Under the pieces are notes generated by a model, which saw only the letters and a program-made list of their open reading frames with translations, was not told the origin of the DNA and did not search any database. Below, one piece after another: positions 9,616 to 18,375 of a stretch of DNA of 64,000 nt. How positions within the stretch are numbered: the stretch's first letter is position 1; each line of letters starts with the position of its first letter. Source of the DNA: a virus. Lineage: Duplodnaviria > Caudoviricetes. The stretch is taken from positions 76 through 64,075 of the IMG/VR virus record IMGVR_UViG_3300028831_000505; one strand, 5' to 3'. A program made the translations under genes and the position numbers.

Positions 9616-10356
9616 ATGGCTCAATTCATCTACGACGATACCGAGCTCACTGCTGTCGAGCAGGAGCTGACCGAATCCGTCAAGTTCGAGGCGAAGTCAA
9701 AATACAAAACCCGGCAGGACTATCTGGCCGACCTCGGCAAGGCGGTGAACAAGATCGAGGACGCGGACTACGAGAAGCTGAGCGATCCCGCCGTCGAGTG
9801 GATGCAGTCGGCGCTGCCGGCAATCAAGGCGGGCGACACCATTCCTGACTTTCCCGACTATGAAGCGAAGGAAGGCGATGACGCCCCGGGCGAGGAGGCC
9901 GGCGACGGTGAGGGCGAAGGTGAGGAAGCCGGCGATGGCGAGAACTCGGAGCAGGAAGAGACCCCGCCTGCTCGAGGCCGTCAGCGCCAGCAGGCCGCCG
10001 CCCCCGCCAAGGGCAGGGGCAAGCCGGACAAGAAGGCCGCGGCCAAGGCCCCCGCCACCAGCAAGGGCGGGAAGGGCACGGCCAAGACCGGCGGCCCCAA
10101 GCGGCTGTTCAACGACAACCGCAAACGCGACCGGTTCGGCCTCGTTGTGGGCAGCAAGGTGGCGAAGGCCGTTGCCCTGTTCGCTGGGGGCAAGGGTGCG
10201 ACGATGCGGCAAGTTATCGACAGCACGGGCGGACCGCAGAACAACGTGCTCAAGAAGCTGGCCGATGCCGGCCATCAGGTCGAGCGCTTCGGCGGCAACG
10301 TGATCAAGGTCACCCACAAGGACGACATCAAGTCCGGCGCCAAGGGCAAGCGGTGA
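9616..10356 (+). CDS. putative DNA-binding protein (acidic linker, Lys/Ala-rich segment, C-terminal wHTH-like domain)
   Basis: AGGAAGGAAGG RBS, very high GC3; GATMRQVIDSTGGPQNNVLKKLADAGH is helix-turn-helix-like. Confidence 0.6.
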   Translation: MAQFIYDDTELTAVEQELTESVKFEAKSKYKTRQDYLADLGKAVNKIEDADYEKLSDPAVEWMQSALPAIKAGDTIPDFPDYEAKEGDDAPGEEAGDGEGEGEEAGDGENSEQEETPPARGRQRQQAAAPAKGRGKPDKKAAAKAPATSKGGKGTAKTGGPKRLFNDNRKRDRFGLVVGSKVAKAVALFAGGKGATMRQVIDSTGGPQNNVLKKLADAGHQVERFGGNVIKVTHKDDIKSGAKGKR

Positions 10357-10925
10357 CGTTCACCGGAGGCGCGCTGCTCAAGGGCGTTCCCGTCAAGGTC
10401 AGCGCCGCATCTGCCCGGCTGCGCTTCATCCCATGCGGCCCCGTGTGCATTGCGCGGGGCTGCACGGCCAAGTGCTGCGACGCCCCTGGTGACCCTGTAG
10501 GCTGCAAGGTCTACGCCCACGAGTCGGAAGCCCCGGCCATCCGACGGTTGGGCGTCAAGGTAAAGGATGGGTTCATCCAACCCCGGTCAGGCGAGCGGGT
10601 GTGCCCGTTCAAAACCAAGGGCCATTTGTGCTCACTGTTCAAGAAACCAGAACGGCCCATGGGATGCATCGTGTCCCCATTCGCCTTGAACCGAACCGGG
10701 ACCTTGATTATCCGCAACCGCTACAAGCTGCACCTGCCCTGCTATGACCCCGAGGGGGGCCAGCCCGCCTATAAGGTGTTTCGAAGCAGCCTTGTGCCCC
10801 TATTTGGCGAGGGCGAGGTAGAGCGCCTCACCAAGCACCTGGACGCGGGCGGGGGTGACGTTTCATGCTATGCGAACCGTAAGGTTTACCACATGATGGT
10901 GCACCGCGAGGAGGCGCTCGGCTAG
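10353..10925 (+). CDS. YkgJ/FliB-like cysteine-cluster (Fe-S or Zn) protein
   Basis: CIARGCTAKCC...CPF...CSLF...RPMGC..SPF pattern of the CxxCxxCC family. Confidence 0.75.
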   Translation: MTFTGGALLKGVPVKVSAASARLRFIPCGPVCIARGCTAKCCDAPGDPVGCKVYAHESEAPAIRRLGVKVKDGFIQPRSGERVCPFKTKGHLCSLFKKPERPMGCIVSPFALNRTGTLIIRNRYKLHLPCYDPEGGQPAYKVFRSSLVPLFGEGEVERLTKHLDAGGGDVSCYANRKVYHMMVHREEALG

Positions 10926-11266
10926 TGATCTTCTGGTTGGATTGGAAGTTGTTTGGCAACGGCCGTGGGATGGCGTCACCCTACTTTGATGACGTGTTCT
11001 ACTGGCTGAGCGGGCGCTTCTATCAATTCACCGGCGGCTTTGGATCGCAGCTAGCCAGCTACGAGTGGCGCATTCCCACACCCGGCACGCGACGCCATCT
11101 TATGGGCGAGGACTTTATTGTTTACAGTGCGAAGCGACGTTGGTTGCGGGTAGCTGTTAGTTGGACTCGGGCCAGACCCACTGTGGACGTTGAGGACATC
11201 AGGCTTCTGGAACAAAAGATAAAGAACTGGGGTCACGGTACGGCGCGGTGCATCGAAAAGGACTAG
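10925..11266 (+). CDS. hypothetical protein
   Basis: 113-aa Trp/Phe-rich ORF coupled to its neighbours. Confidence 0.5.
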   Translation: MIFWLDWKLFGNGRGMASPYFDDVFYWLSGRFYQFTGGFGSQLASYEWRIPTPGTRRHLMGEDFIVYSAKRRWLRVAVSWTRARPTVDVEDIRLLEQKIKNWGHGTARCIEKD

Positions 11267-11270
11267 GGGG

Positions 11271-12227
11271 ATGCTCGTCAAGACCAAGGATAAGGCCAGC
11301 GGGAAGGTCCTCGTAACGTCCCGACCGCTCCTCATCGACTCCGTTCACGGCTACTTGCCCCCAGCCGTGGGGAAGGACTGGTTCGACACCACCACCACCA
11401 TCTGGCACGTGGATGAAATGATCCGCCGCCGCGTGCGTGACTGGCGCCGCCTCACCGGGGAGACCGGACATACGGGCGAGCGCACCGGCACCATGCGGGA
11501 AGACCACGATTCGGTCTACACCGGCACCCACAGCGTGTTCCCGATCCCGCTCATGGAGTGGATGCTTCTGCGCTACGGTGGGGGCAGGGGCGGCAAGGTG
11601 CTGGACGCCTTTGCGGGCGGGCCGCCGCGTGCGGTGTGCTCGGCATTCATGGGCTACGAGTACGTCGGGGTTGAACTGCGCAAGGAGCAGATCACCGAGA
11701 ACGTGGCCACAATCAAGCGCCTGAAACTTCCTGGCGTGGACTACATCCTTGGCGACGCCCGCTCCATGGTCGACTTGGTGGATCGCCCGGGTGACGGCTT
11801 TGATTTTGGCGCTACCTGTCCGCCCTATTTCAACCTCGAGGTCTACAGTGACCGCGATGACGATCTGAGCAATTACCAATACTACGATGAATTCGACAGA
11901 GCCATGAACGACGTGGCGCGTGGCTACGCCCGGTTGATGAAACCCGGTGCGTTCGTGTGTATGGTCGTCGGCAATTTTCGGGACAAGAAAACTGGCGAGC
12001 TAACTGATTTCAGATCAGACACAGTGAAGAACTTTCGTCGCAATGGCTTCAAATTCTGGCAGGAAATCATCCTTAGCAAGAACTTTGGCAGCGCAGCCAA
12101 ACGCAGCACCAATGCTTGGAAGGGCCTCAAGTTGGTTCCTCGCCACGAGTTCCTTTTGGTGTTCAGGTGGCCGGAGAGAAACACGGGGCACACCACTGCA
12201 CGCAAACGCGAAAGGGTCAGACTATGA
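11271..12227 (+). CDS. DNA amino-methyltransferase (N6A/N4C)
   Basis: SAM-binding VLDAFAGG, GVEL, GDA; catalytic TCPPYF; LMKPG; HEFLLVF. Confidence 0.88.
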   Translation: MLVKTKDKASGKVLVTSRPLLIDSVHGYLPPAVGKDWFDTTTTIWHVDEMIRRRVRDWRRLTGETGHTGERTGTMREDHDSVYTGTHSVFPIPLMEWMLLRYGGGRGGKVLDAFAGGPPRAVCSAFMGYEYVGVELRKEQITENVATIKRLKLPGVDYILGDARSMVDLVDRPGDGFDFGATCPPYFNLEVYSDRDDDLSNYQYYDEFDRAMNDVARGYARLMKPGAFVCMVVGNFRDKKTGELTDFRSDTVKNFRRNGFKFWQEIILSKNFGSAAKRSTNAWKGLKLVPRHEFLLVFRWPERNTGHTTARKRERVRL

Positions 12228-12649
12228 AAGAGTTTTCCCCGTCATGGAAGGAAGCCACCGCTGCGCTGATTGCCAAACTGGCGGCGTGGCGTGAGCCCGA
12301 CTTCCACAAGGACCAGCAGCTTTCAGACGAGGTGCTGATTGCCGATGGATGGGTTCCCACCCAAGACGCCGAATTCGCCGGCGGCGTGGCTTGGAGGCAC
12401 GGCCCCTTGACTGTCTCCGAAACTCAACGCCCCCACGTCCTCTATGACATGAGGCCAGCCTTGGGGGTGATCCCCCGCCTCTGCCAAGTCGTCCTGATGA
12501 TCCCACCCAGCCTGCCCATCGCCGACGTGAACGAAACCTGTTGCGTCCTGCAAGCAGCAGGCCGCACCGTGGGCTATGGCAGTTCGCTCAACCCCCAAAT
12601 TGCGGTGCTGATCGCAGCGCTGCGTGCAAAGGAGAGATTAGGTGAATAG
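12224..12649 (+). CDS. hypothetical protein
   Basis: ATGA overlap with the MTase stop. Confidence 0.55.
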   Translation: MKEFSPSWKEATAALIAKLAAWREPDFHKDQQLSDEVLIADGWVPTQDAEFAGGVAWRHGPLTVSETQRPHVLYDMRPALGVIPRLCQVVLMIPPSLPIADVNETCCVLQAAGRTVGYGSSLNPQIAVLIAALRAKERLGE

Positions 12650-13706
12650 GGCACAACTCGTCGACATCCTCGACATTCTCAAGCCAGCGCTTGCGGGCAA
12701 TACTCCCGTGCAGCTCTACACCTGCTACTGCTTCGTCAAGGACAAGGTCTACGCCTACAACGACCGTGTCGCGATTGTGGCCCCCTGCAAAGTCAACATG
12801 ACCTGCGCGCTGCACGGCGGCACCCTCTATGGCTGGCTCAAGAACAGCAATGCGGATGACGCCGACTTCGACCTCACCGGAAACGAGGTGGTGCTCACCG
12901 CGGGCAAGAGCAAGATCAAGCTGCCCTACCACGAGATGGGTGACCTCCTTTTCGAGGGGGTGCAGGACAAGGACAAGGACAACAAGTGGTTGGTGACCGC
13001 CGATGTCGATGAGGCGCTGCTCGCCGGCCTCGAGGTCTGTACTAGCACCACCAGCCGCGACCTCACACAGATGGCGCTGACATGCGTCTACCTGATGCCC
13101 GGCAAGCTGTCATACTTCTACTCGTCCGACAGCGACTCGCTCACTCGCTACTTGGTGACCGCCAAGGCAACCGAGCAAGGCACCTTTGCCATCCCCAACA
13201 ATTTCTGCGAGGAGGTGGTCAAGCTGGCCACCCGGTTCAAGGGTGAGGAGGGCCTTCTCAAGGCCACGTTGTCCGTCAACGACGACTGGGCGCGGGTGCG
13301 TTTCGAGAACGGCGTGACCGTGTGGGGGCGCATCCTGGACGTGCCTAGCCCCATTGACTTTGCGGCCATGCTCAAGTCGAAGGAAAAGGGCATGCCCCCC
13401 GCTGTGCCGCTGCCGCAGGGCCTGCAAGAAGCGTTGGCGCGGGCCTGTGTGCTGGCTGATCCTGAAAGCAAGCCCACGGAGTTCACCATCAAGGGCAACA
13501 AGCTTGGGATGTTCACCCAAAGTTCCATGGGTGAGGCCACCGAGTCGTTGCTCATCCGGGGTAAGCACCCCGACGCCGAGGCGTTGGTGAGCGCCCAGCT
13601 TGTGGCCCGTGCCATCAAGGCCTGCGACGAGTTCTCAATTGCACCCAGCGGCACGCTCTACCGTAACGGTAATTCCCTGCTACAGTTTGTCGCCAATATG
13701 GGCTAG
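12642..13706 (+). CDS. DNA polymerase sliding clamp (beta/DnaN-like)
   Basis: 354 aa; MNRAQLVDIL N-terminus, LTCVYL...SSDSDSL (cf. LNGV...ATDGHRL), GRILD..PID; located in the replication module. Confidence 0.72.
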   Translation: MNRAQLVDILDILKPALAGNTPVQLYTCYCFVKDKVYAYNDRVAIVAPCKVNMTCALHGGTLYGWLKNSNADDADFDLTGNEVVLTAGKSKIKLPYHEMGDLLFEGVQDKDKDNKWLVTADVDEALLAGLEVCTSTTSRDLTQMALTCVYLMPGKLSYFYSSDSDSLTRYLVTAKATEQGTFAIPNNFCEEVVKLATRFKGEEGLLKATLSVNDDWARVRFENGVTVWGRILDVPSPIDFAAMLKSKEKGMPPAVPLPQGLQEALARACVLADPESKPTEFTIKGNKLGMFTQSSMGEATESLLIRGKHPDAEALVSAQLVARAIKACDEFSIAPSGTLYRNGNSLLQFVANMG

Positions 13707-13734
13707 GGTGCCTTTGGGCGACTGAGCAAGGAAT

Positions 13735-14286
13735 TTGACCATGCTAACCTTGGGGCGTGACTGGACGGAGTTTTTTCGGCTAAGCAAACGCGAATACTTT
13801 GCTGACTTCTTTATTACCCCTCCGGTTACGGCCCTCATGGTTGGCCTTTCCCTGTACAAGGGGGCCAGCTTGCGGTGGCCATTATTCTTTGGCCTCGGAG
13901 TGTTGGCGTGGACCCTTTACGAATACCTCATGCATCGCTGGGGGCTGCACCAAGTGTGGGGGCTGCGTGTGCTGCATGCCATGCACCACAAGAACGACAG
14001 GGATTACATTGCCACGCACCCGGCCATAACCGTGGCCGCTTATATCGGCTTCTGGTTCATGTTTGGTGTGACCAGTAGCGCCTTCGCGGCCGGCTTCTCG
14101 GCGGGCTACGTGATCTACGCAGCGATGCACACGCTGTACCACTACACCACCATCCTGCCCGGCGATTGGTTGTTCGGGCTCAAGCGGCGTCACGCGTTGC
14201 ACCACCGGTTCGAAACTTACAATTTTGGTGTCTCAACCCCGCTCTGGGACATCGTTTTTCAAACCTCCTACCAACAGGGAAAATGA
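13735..14286 (+). CDS. fatty acid hydroxylase / sterol desaturase family protein
   Basis: His boxes EYLMHRWGLH, HAMHH, MHTLYH, HALHH plus NFGVSTPLWDIVF; multiple TM segments. Confidence 0.92.
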   Translation: MTMLTLGRDWTEFFRLSKREYFADFFITPPVTALMVGLSLYKGASLRWPLFFGLGVLAWTLYEYLMHRWGLHQVWGLRVLHAMHHKNDRDYIATHPAITVAAYIGFWFMFGVTSSAFAAGFSAGYVIYAAMHTLYHYTTILPGDWLFGLKRRHALHHRFETYNFGVSTPLWDIVFQTSYQQGK

Positions 14287-14289
14287 AGC

Positions 14290-14493
14290 ATGGCCGCTTT
14301 GCGCGACCCCTACGATGGGGAGCCATTCTATTGTGTGACGTGCAGCGCAGGCTATGGCGAGTACGCCGCCTGCGAGGACGTTGCGTGTCAACTCGAGTCG
14401 AAGGCTGCGGCAGAAGCCCGTAAGGCCAAGCGCAGGCCGATCGGGTCCGATCTGCAACGCGCGTTGCAGACACAACGAGAGAAGGAAAGGTGA
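14290..14493 (+). CDS. small Cys-rich hypothetical protein
   Basis: CVTC...C...C. Confidence 0.5.
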   Translation: MAALRDPYDGEPFYCVTCSAGYGEYAACEDVACQLESKAAAEARKAKRRPIGSDLQRALQTQREKER

Positions 14494-14738
14494 TGGGCCG
14501 CTTTGAAGGAAGTATCGCCACAGGCTTGACCGCCACGGGGACACGGACCTACGTCAACGCGTCGAATACGGACCACCCCAACCTGATACTGCGGGACCTC
14601 ATAACCCTCGAAATGAGGGCCAACGCGCTTGGCCTCTACCCGGCTGCCCGTGCGTTGAACAACGCGAAGAACGCGATTGGCTGGCAACTGGCCGGCGACA
14701 TTGGGAAGGCCGACGCCGCATCCACGCACCGGCTCTGA
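14490..14738 (+). CDS. hypothetical protein
   Basis: Coupled ORF with AAGGAAAGG RBS. Confidence 0.5.
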   Translation: MMGRFEGSIATGLTATGTRTYVNASNTDHPNLILRDLITLEMRANALGLYPAARALNNAKNAIGWQLAGDIGKADAASTHRL

Positions 14739-14741
14739 CCC

Positions 14742-14933
14742 ATGGCAGAACCGGAACGCTACTGCGGCTCGAGCGCGGCCTTCCACGAATGCAGATTTGC
14801 TGGCCCGGAGCTACCAATCTGCGCCGCTTCGGCAACGGCCCACTACGCTTGCCAATATCACCACAAAGGATTTGGCAAACCACCCATCCTTGAACCTATT
14901 GTCGTCCGCGCGCCATCTGGAGCTTGCGGCTGA
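14742..14933 (+). CDS. small Cys/His-rich hypothetical protein
   Basis: Short ORF directly after the previous stop. Confidence 0.35.
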   Translation: MAEPERYCGSSAAFHECRFAGPELPICAASATAHYACQYHHKGFGKPPILEPIVVRAPSGACG

Positions 14934-14972
14934 CGAGATTGAGCGCCTAACCGCCTTAACAGCAGGTCAAAA

Positions 14973-15230
14973 ATGAGCACAACACTTATCGCCGGCATCA
15001 GGGCAATCGACGAGGTGGCGCGCCGCGCCAACATCAACGAACCTTTTACCATAACAGTGGAATTTCGGGACCCGGAGCTCGCGGAGTCCTTCATGATACA
15101 GGTTAAAGTCGAAATCGATAGTGAGGGGCTAGTCACCCCCAAGGTGGTCAGCACTTCGGCCAATTACCACCAATTACAAATTCTGGGCCTGCTTTTTCGT
15201 ATAAAAAGGGGTAGCCCCGCAAAGGCCTAG
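14973..15230 (+). CDS. hypothetical protein
   Basis: 85-aa ORF before the polymerase. Confidence 0.55.
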   Translation: MSTTLIAGIRAIDEVARRANINEPFTITVEFRDPELAESFMIQVKVEIDSEGLVTPKVVSTSANYHQLQILGLLFRIKRGSPAKA

Positions 15231-15242
15231 AGCGCCCCGCCC

Positions 15243-17930
15243 ATGGGTTTTTTGTTTACCACGCCTCAGCAGCAGCCCAAGGGGCCGCCCAAGCAGCGCA
15301 CGGGCCGCGCTGCGGGCGGCGTGGGGCCTAAAACGGCCGCCAGTGCCGCCACCTTGAACCGGCTGGGGTGTTCAGCCTGCCCGCTCAACGACGCCAAGGT
15401 CAATAGTCCCAAGATGCCGGCCTTCCTTCCTGTTAGGCCGTGTGACATTTACTTCCTTGCCGAGGCTCCGGGCGAAACAGAGGACCGTGAAGGGGAACCC
15501 TTAATTGGGAAGTCCGGCCAGTTGCTGCGCAGCCTCATCCCCAAGCGCTATGAAAATACCTGTGCTTACGACAACGTTGTGCGGACCCGCCCGCCCAAGA
15601 ACCGCGACCCCACCTGGGTTGAGGTCGAGTGTTGCCGAGGTCACCACACCAAAAGCATCGAGAAGGCCAAACCCCGGTTAGTAGTTGGCCTGGGGAAATT
15701 CTCCCTCAACGCCGTGCTAGGCTCCATGGATATGCAAGGCCTGCGCGGTCGTATGTTCGCGGTCAAGTTTGGCAACCACTCCTGTTGGTTCATGCCAACC
15801 TATCACCCGGCCTTTATCCTGCGGCAGGCCTATGACGACAAGAAGCCCCTGCTCTCGCGGATGGGCCATTGCTTCAAGATGGACATCAGGCGGGCCTTTG
15901 ATGTGCTGGACGGGCTCAAGCCCCCGCGCATCCAAACAGAGGCAAGCATCAGGGCCGACATCCTGACCTTTGACGGGTCCGAACCCGGCCACTTCGAGCG
16001 GTTAATGAACTTGCTCATCGTAGCGCAGCAGGTCCCCGAAAAATCAGTCGACTACGAGACCCAAGGCTTACGCCCGTACAGGAAGGACTCCGCAGTCCTG
16101 ACCTGTGCAATCAGCTATGACGACCCGGACGCGGGCGAGGCGCATTTCTCATTTGCCCTGGATCACCCCAAGGCCAAGTGGACCAAGGTGCAACGCAAGG
16201 CTATTGGGGCAAAGCTGCTCGAAATTCTTAGCGACGACACCTTCAAGGTTGCCCACAACGTACCGTTTGAGGTCGAGTGGTCCATCTTCATGTATGGCGC
16301 CGCCCATGTGCGTCACGGGGCTTGGGACTGCACAATGATGCAGGCTCACTTCCTGGACGAGCGCCGGGGCAAGCAGTGGCGTGACGATGACCGCCGAGCG
16401 GCCTATCAGGACCTTGACTTCCTCTGCCGCCAGTATTTTGGTGTGGGCTACAAGTCGTTCTTTAAGCTGAACAAAAAGAACATGGCCGGCGCTGATCTGG
16501 GCGAAACCCTCATCTATAACGCTGCCGATACCAAGGTCGCATTGTGGCTGCACCGCGTGCAAGTAGCCCTGCTGAAACGGCGTGGCCTCTATGACGCTTA
16601 CCTCGACTCGGTCCAGCGCCAGCCTGCCACGGCGTTGATGCAACACTTTGGAATACCCGTAAATCAGAAGGCCGTGGTACGCAACGGGAAACGTCTCAAG
16701 GCTGAGATTGAAGAGATCGAGGATGAGATAAACGACCTCAGGGTGGTGAAGGATTACACCCGGGACTATGGGGAGTTTAATCCGGGGTCGAACCCTGACG
16801 TTTTGAAGGTGTTCAAGGATTACCTCAAGCGGTCCGAGATAAAGGTTCCCAAGAAGTACCACAAGCCGGGGGAGAGTGAGTTTGAGTACTCGGTCGACGA
16901 GGCGGTGCTCAAGGAAATAGATCATCCCCTGGCCGAGCTGGTTCTTGCCTTTCGTAACCGCAGCAAATTGAAGTCCACCTATTGCGACGGGCTGGACATG
17001 CGTAACTACGACAACCCGCAGTACAAGAAACGGGTGGTCATCCACCGTGACGGGCTGGCTCACAGTTCGTTCAACATGACGTTCACTGAAACCGGCCGCA
17101 CCAGTTCTGACGATCCCAACCTTCAAAACTTCCCCAAACACAAAGACGCGTGGATACGCAACGAGATCTGGGCGCCCCCCGGCTATGTGCTGGTGGCGGC
17201 GGACTACAAGCAGCTTGAATTCTGCGCCGCGGCCTGTTGCAGCGGGGATAAAGTGCTGATCGACGCCGTTTGGAGCGGCTACGACGTGCACATGGATTGG
17301 GCTGAGCGGCTATCGGCGCGCTACCCGCAGGCGGTGGGCGGGCTCAAGTTCCGCAAGGACAAGGACGTAATGAAGGCGCTGCGCCAAAAGGTGAAAAACA
17401 AGCTGGTGTTCCCAGCTATCTTTGGCGCTCAGGACGACTCCATTGCGGGCTACCTCGATATGCCTGAGGACGTCATTGGCAAAGTCATGAACGACTTCTG
17501 GAGCATCTTCCACGGGATCAAGACGTGGCAAGATGAGATGATGCAAGGCTACTACGATGAGGGCTACGTCAGCACCATGAATGGGCGGTTGCGCTGGTAC
17601 CCGTTGAACCGCAACCAAGCGATCAACCACCCAGTGCAGGGCTCGGCCTGCGAAATCGTCTGCGACGGCATGACGCGCCTCTCGAAGCAGGCTGTGGAAA
17701 CCGAGCAGTGGCACATCCACCCGCGCATGAACATTCACGACGACCTGTCGTTCTTGATACCCGACGACAACAACCGGGTGTTTGAGGAGTCGGTTGAGAC
17801 CATCTACAAAGGAATGTTGAGTTGCCCCTACAAGTGGATCAACGTGCCGCTGGCCGTTGAGTTATCGGCCGGCGTTCACTGGGCAGAAATGGAAGCGTTT
17901 GGAAACTTCTCAAGCCACAAGGATCTCTGA
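15243..17930 (+). CDS. polA: family A DNA polymerase with N-terminal family-4 uracil-DNA glycosylase-like domain and 3'-5' exonuclease
   Basis: UDG4: CSACPL, AEAPGETED, GKSG, RPPKNRDP, TYHPAF; Exo: DYETQG, AHNVPFE, YNAAD; Pol: TGRTSSDDPNLQN, AADYKQLE, RQKVK..., NHPVQG, NIHDDL. Confidence 0.95.
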   Translation: MGFLFTTPQQQPKGPPKQRTGRAAGGVGPKTAASAATLNRLGCSACPLNDAKVNSPKMPAFLPVRPCDIYFLAEAPGETEDREGEPLIGKSGQLLRSLIPKRYENTCAYDNVVRTRPPKNRDPTWVEVECCRGHHTKSIEKAKPRLVVGLGKFSLNAVLGSMDMQGLRGRMFAVKFGNHSCWFMPTYHPAFILRQAYDDKKPLLSRMGHCFKMDIRRAFDVLDGLKPPRIQTEASIRADILTFDGSEPGHFERLMNLLIVAQQVPEKSVDYETQGLRPYRKDSAVLTCAISYDDPDAGEAHFSFALDHPKAKWTKVQRKAIGAKLLEILSDDTFKVAHNVPFEVEWSIFMYGAAHVRHGAWDCTMMQAHFLDERRGKQWRDDDRRAAYQDLDFLCRQYFGVGYKSFFKLNKKNMAGADLGETLIYNAADTKVALWLHRVQVALLKRRGLYDAYLDSVQRQPATALMQHFGIPVNQKAVVRNGKRLKAEIEEIEDEINDLRVVKDYTRDYGEFNPGSNPDVLKVFKDYLKRSEIKVPKKYHKPGESEFEYSVDEAVLKEIDHPLAELVLAFRNRSKLKSTYCDGLDMRNYDNPQYKKRVVIHRDGLAHSSFNMTFTETGRTSSDDPNLQNFPKHKDAWIRNEIWAPPGYVLVAADYKQLEFCAAACCSGDKVLIDAVWSGYDVHMDWAERLSARYPQAVGGLKFRKDKDVMKALRQKVKNKLVFPAIFGAQDDSIAGYLDMPEDVIGKVMNDFWSIFHGIKTWQDEMMQGYYDEGYVSTMNGRLRWYPLNRNQAINHPVQGSACEIVCDGMTRLSKQAVETEQWHIHPRMNIHDDLSFLIPDDNNRVFEESVETIYKGMLSCPYKWINVPLAVELSAGVHWAEMEAFGNFSSHKDL

Positions 17931-17936
17931 CCGGCC

Positions 17937-18215
17937 ATGACAACCTCCAATTCTCCACTTCGCCGTCTCAGAGCCCAAGCCGACGCTATGGCGGCAAACC
18001 TCAAGGCGTGGGAGCGCGGGGAGCTTCCCGTTGATCCCACCGGCAAGATTGCAGCCGCGCGAGCAAACGAGGCCATCAAATTTGTCATAGCGATGGACGA
18101 CAAGGTCCTTAGCATTGAATTGTCTTGGATCACAATTCGTGATACCAGCGAAGAGGGAATCTCCGAGTACATCATCCTGCAAATGCAAGGCAAGGGTGAC
18201 GCTAAAGGAAACTGA
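17937..18215 (+). CDS. hypothetical protein
   Basis: 92-aa ORF directly after polA. Confidence 0.55.
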   Translation: MTTSNSPLRRLRAQADAMAANLKAWERGELPVDPTGKIAAARANEAIKFVIAMDDKVLSIELSWITIRDTSEEGISEYIILQMQGKGDAKGN

Positions 18216-18375
18216 CGCATGATGCGAACTTGCCACTGGTGTGGGCAGCGCTACGACACGGATGGGGGCAGCAGCGTTTGGTGCGACAAGAACCCGCACC
18301 GTGGACGAGGGGCGACGCGGCTGCGCCCACGTATATTTTCTATGATCATGATCCCTTCCACCATGAAGGCAGCCG

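Noticed and set aside
15243-17930. Possible DpoZ (2-aminoadenine) polymerase or intein/intron
   Set aside because: No purZ, datZ or mazZ genes were recognised in the window, and the reading frame is continuous with no intein motifs
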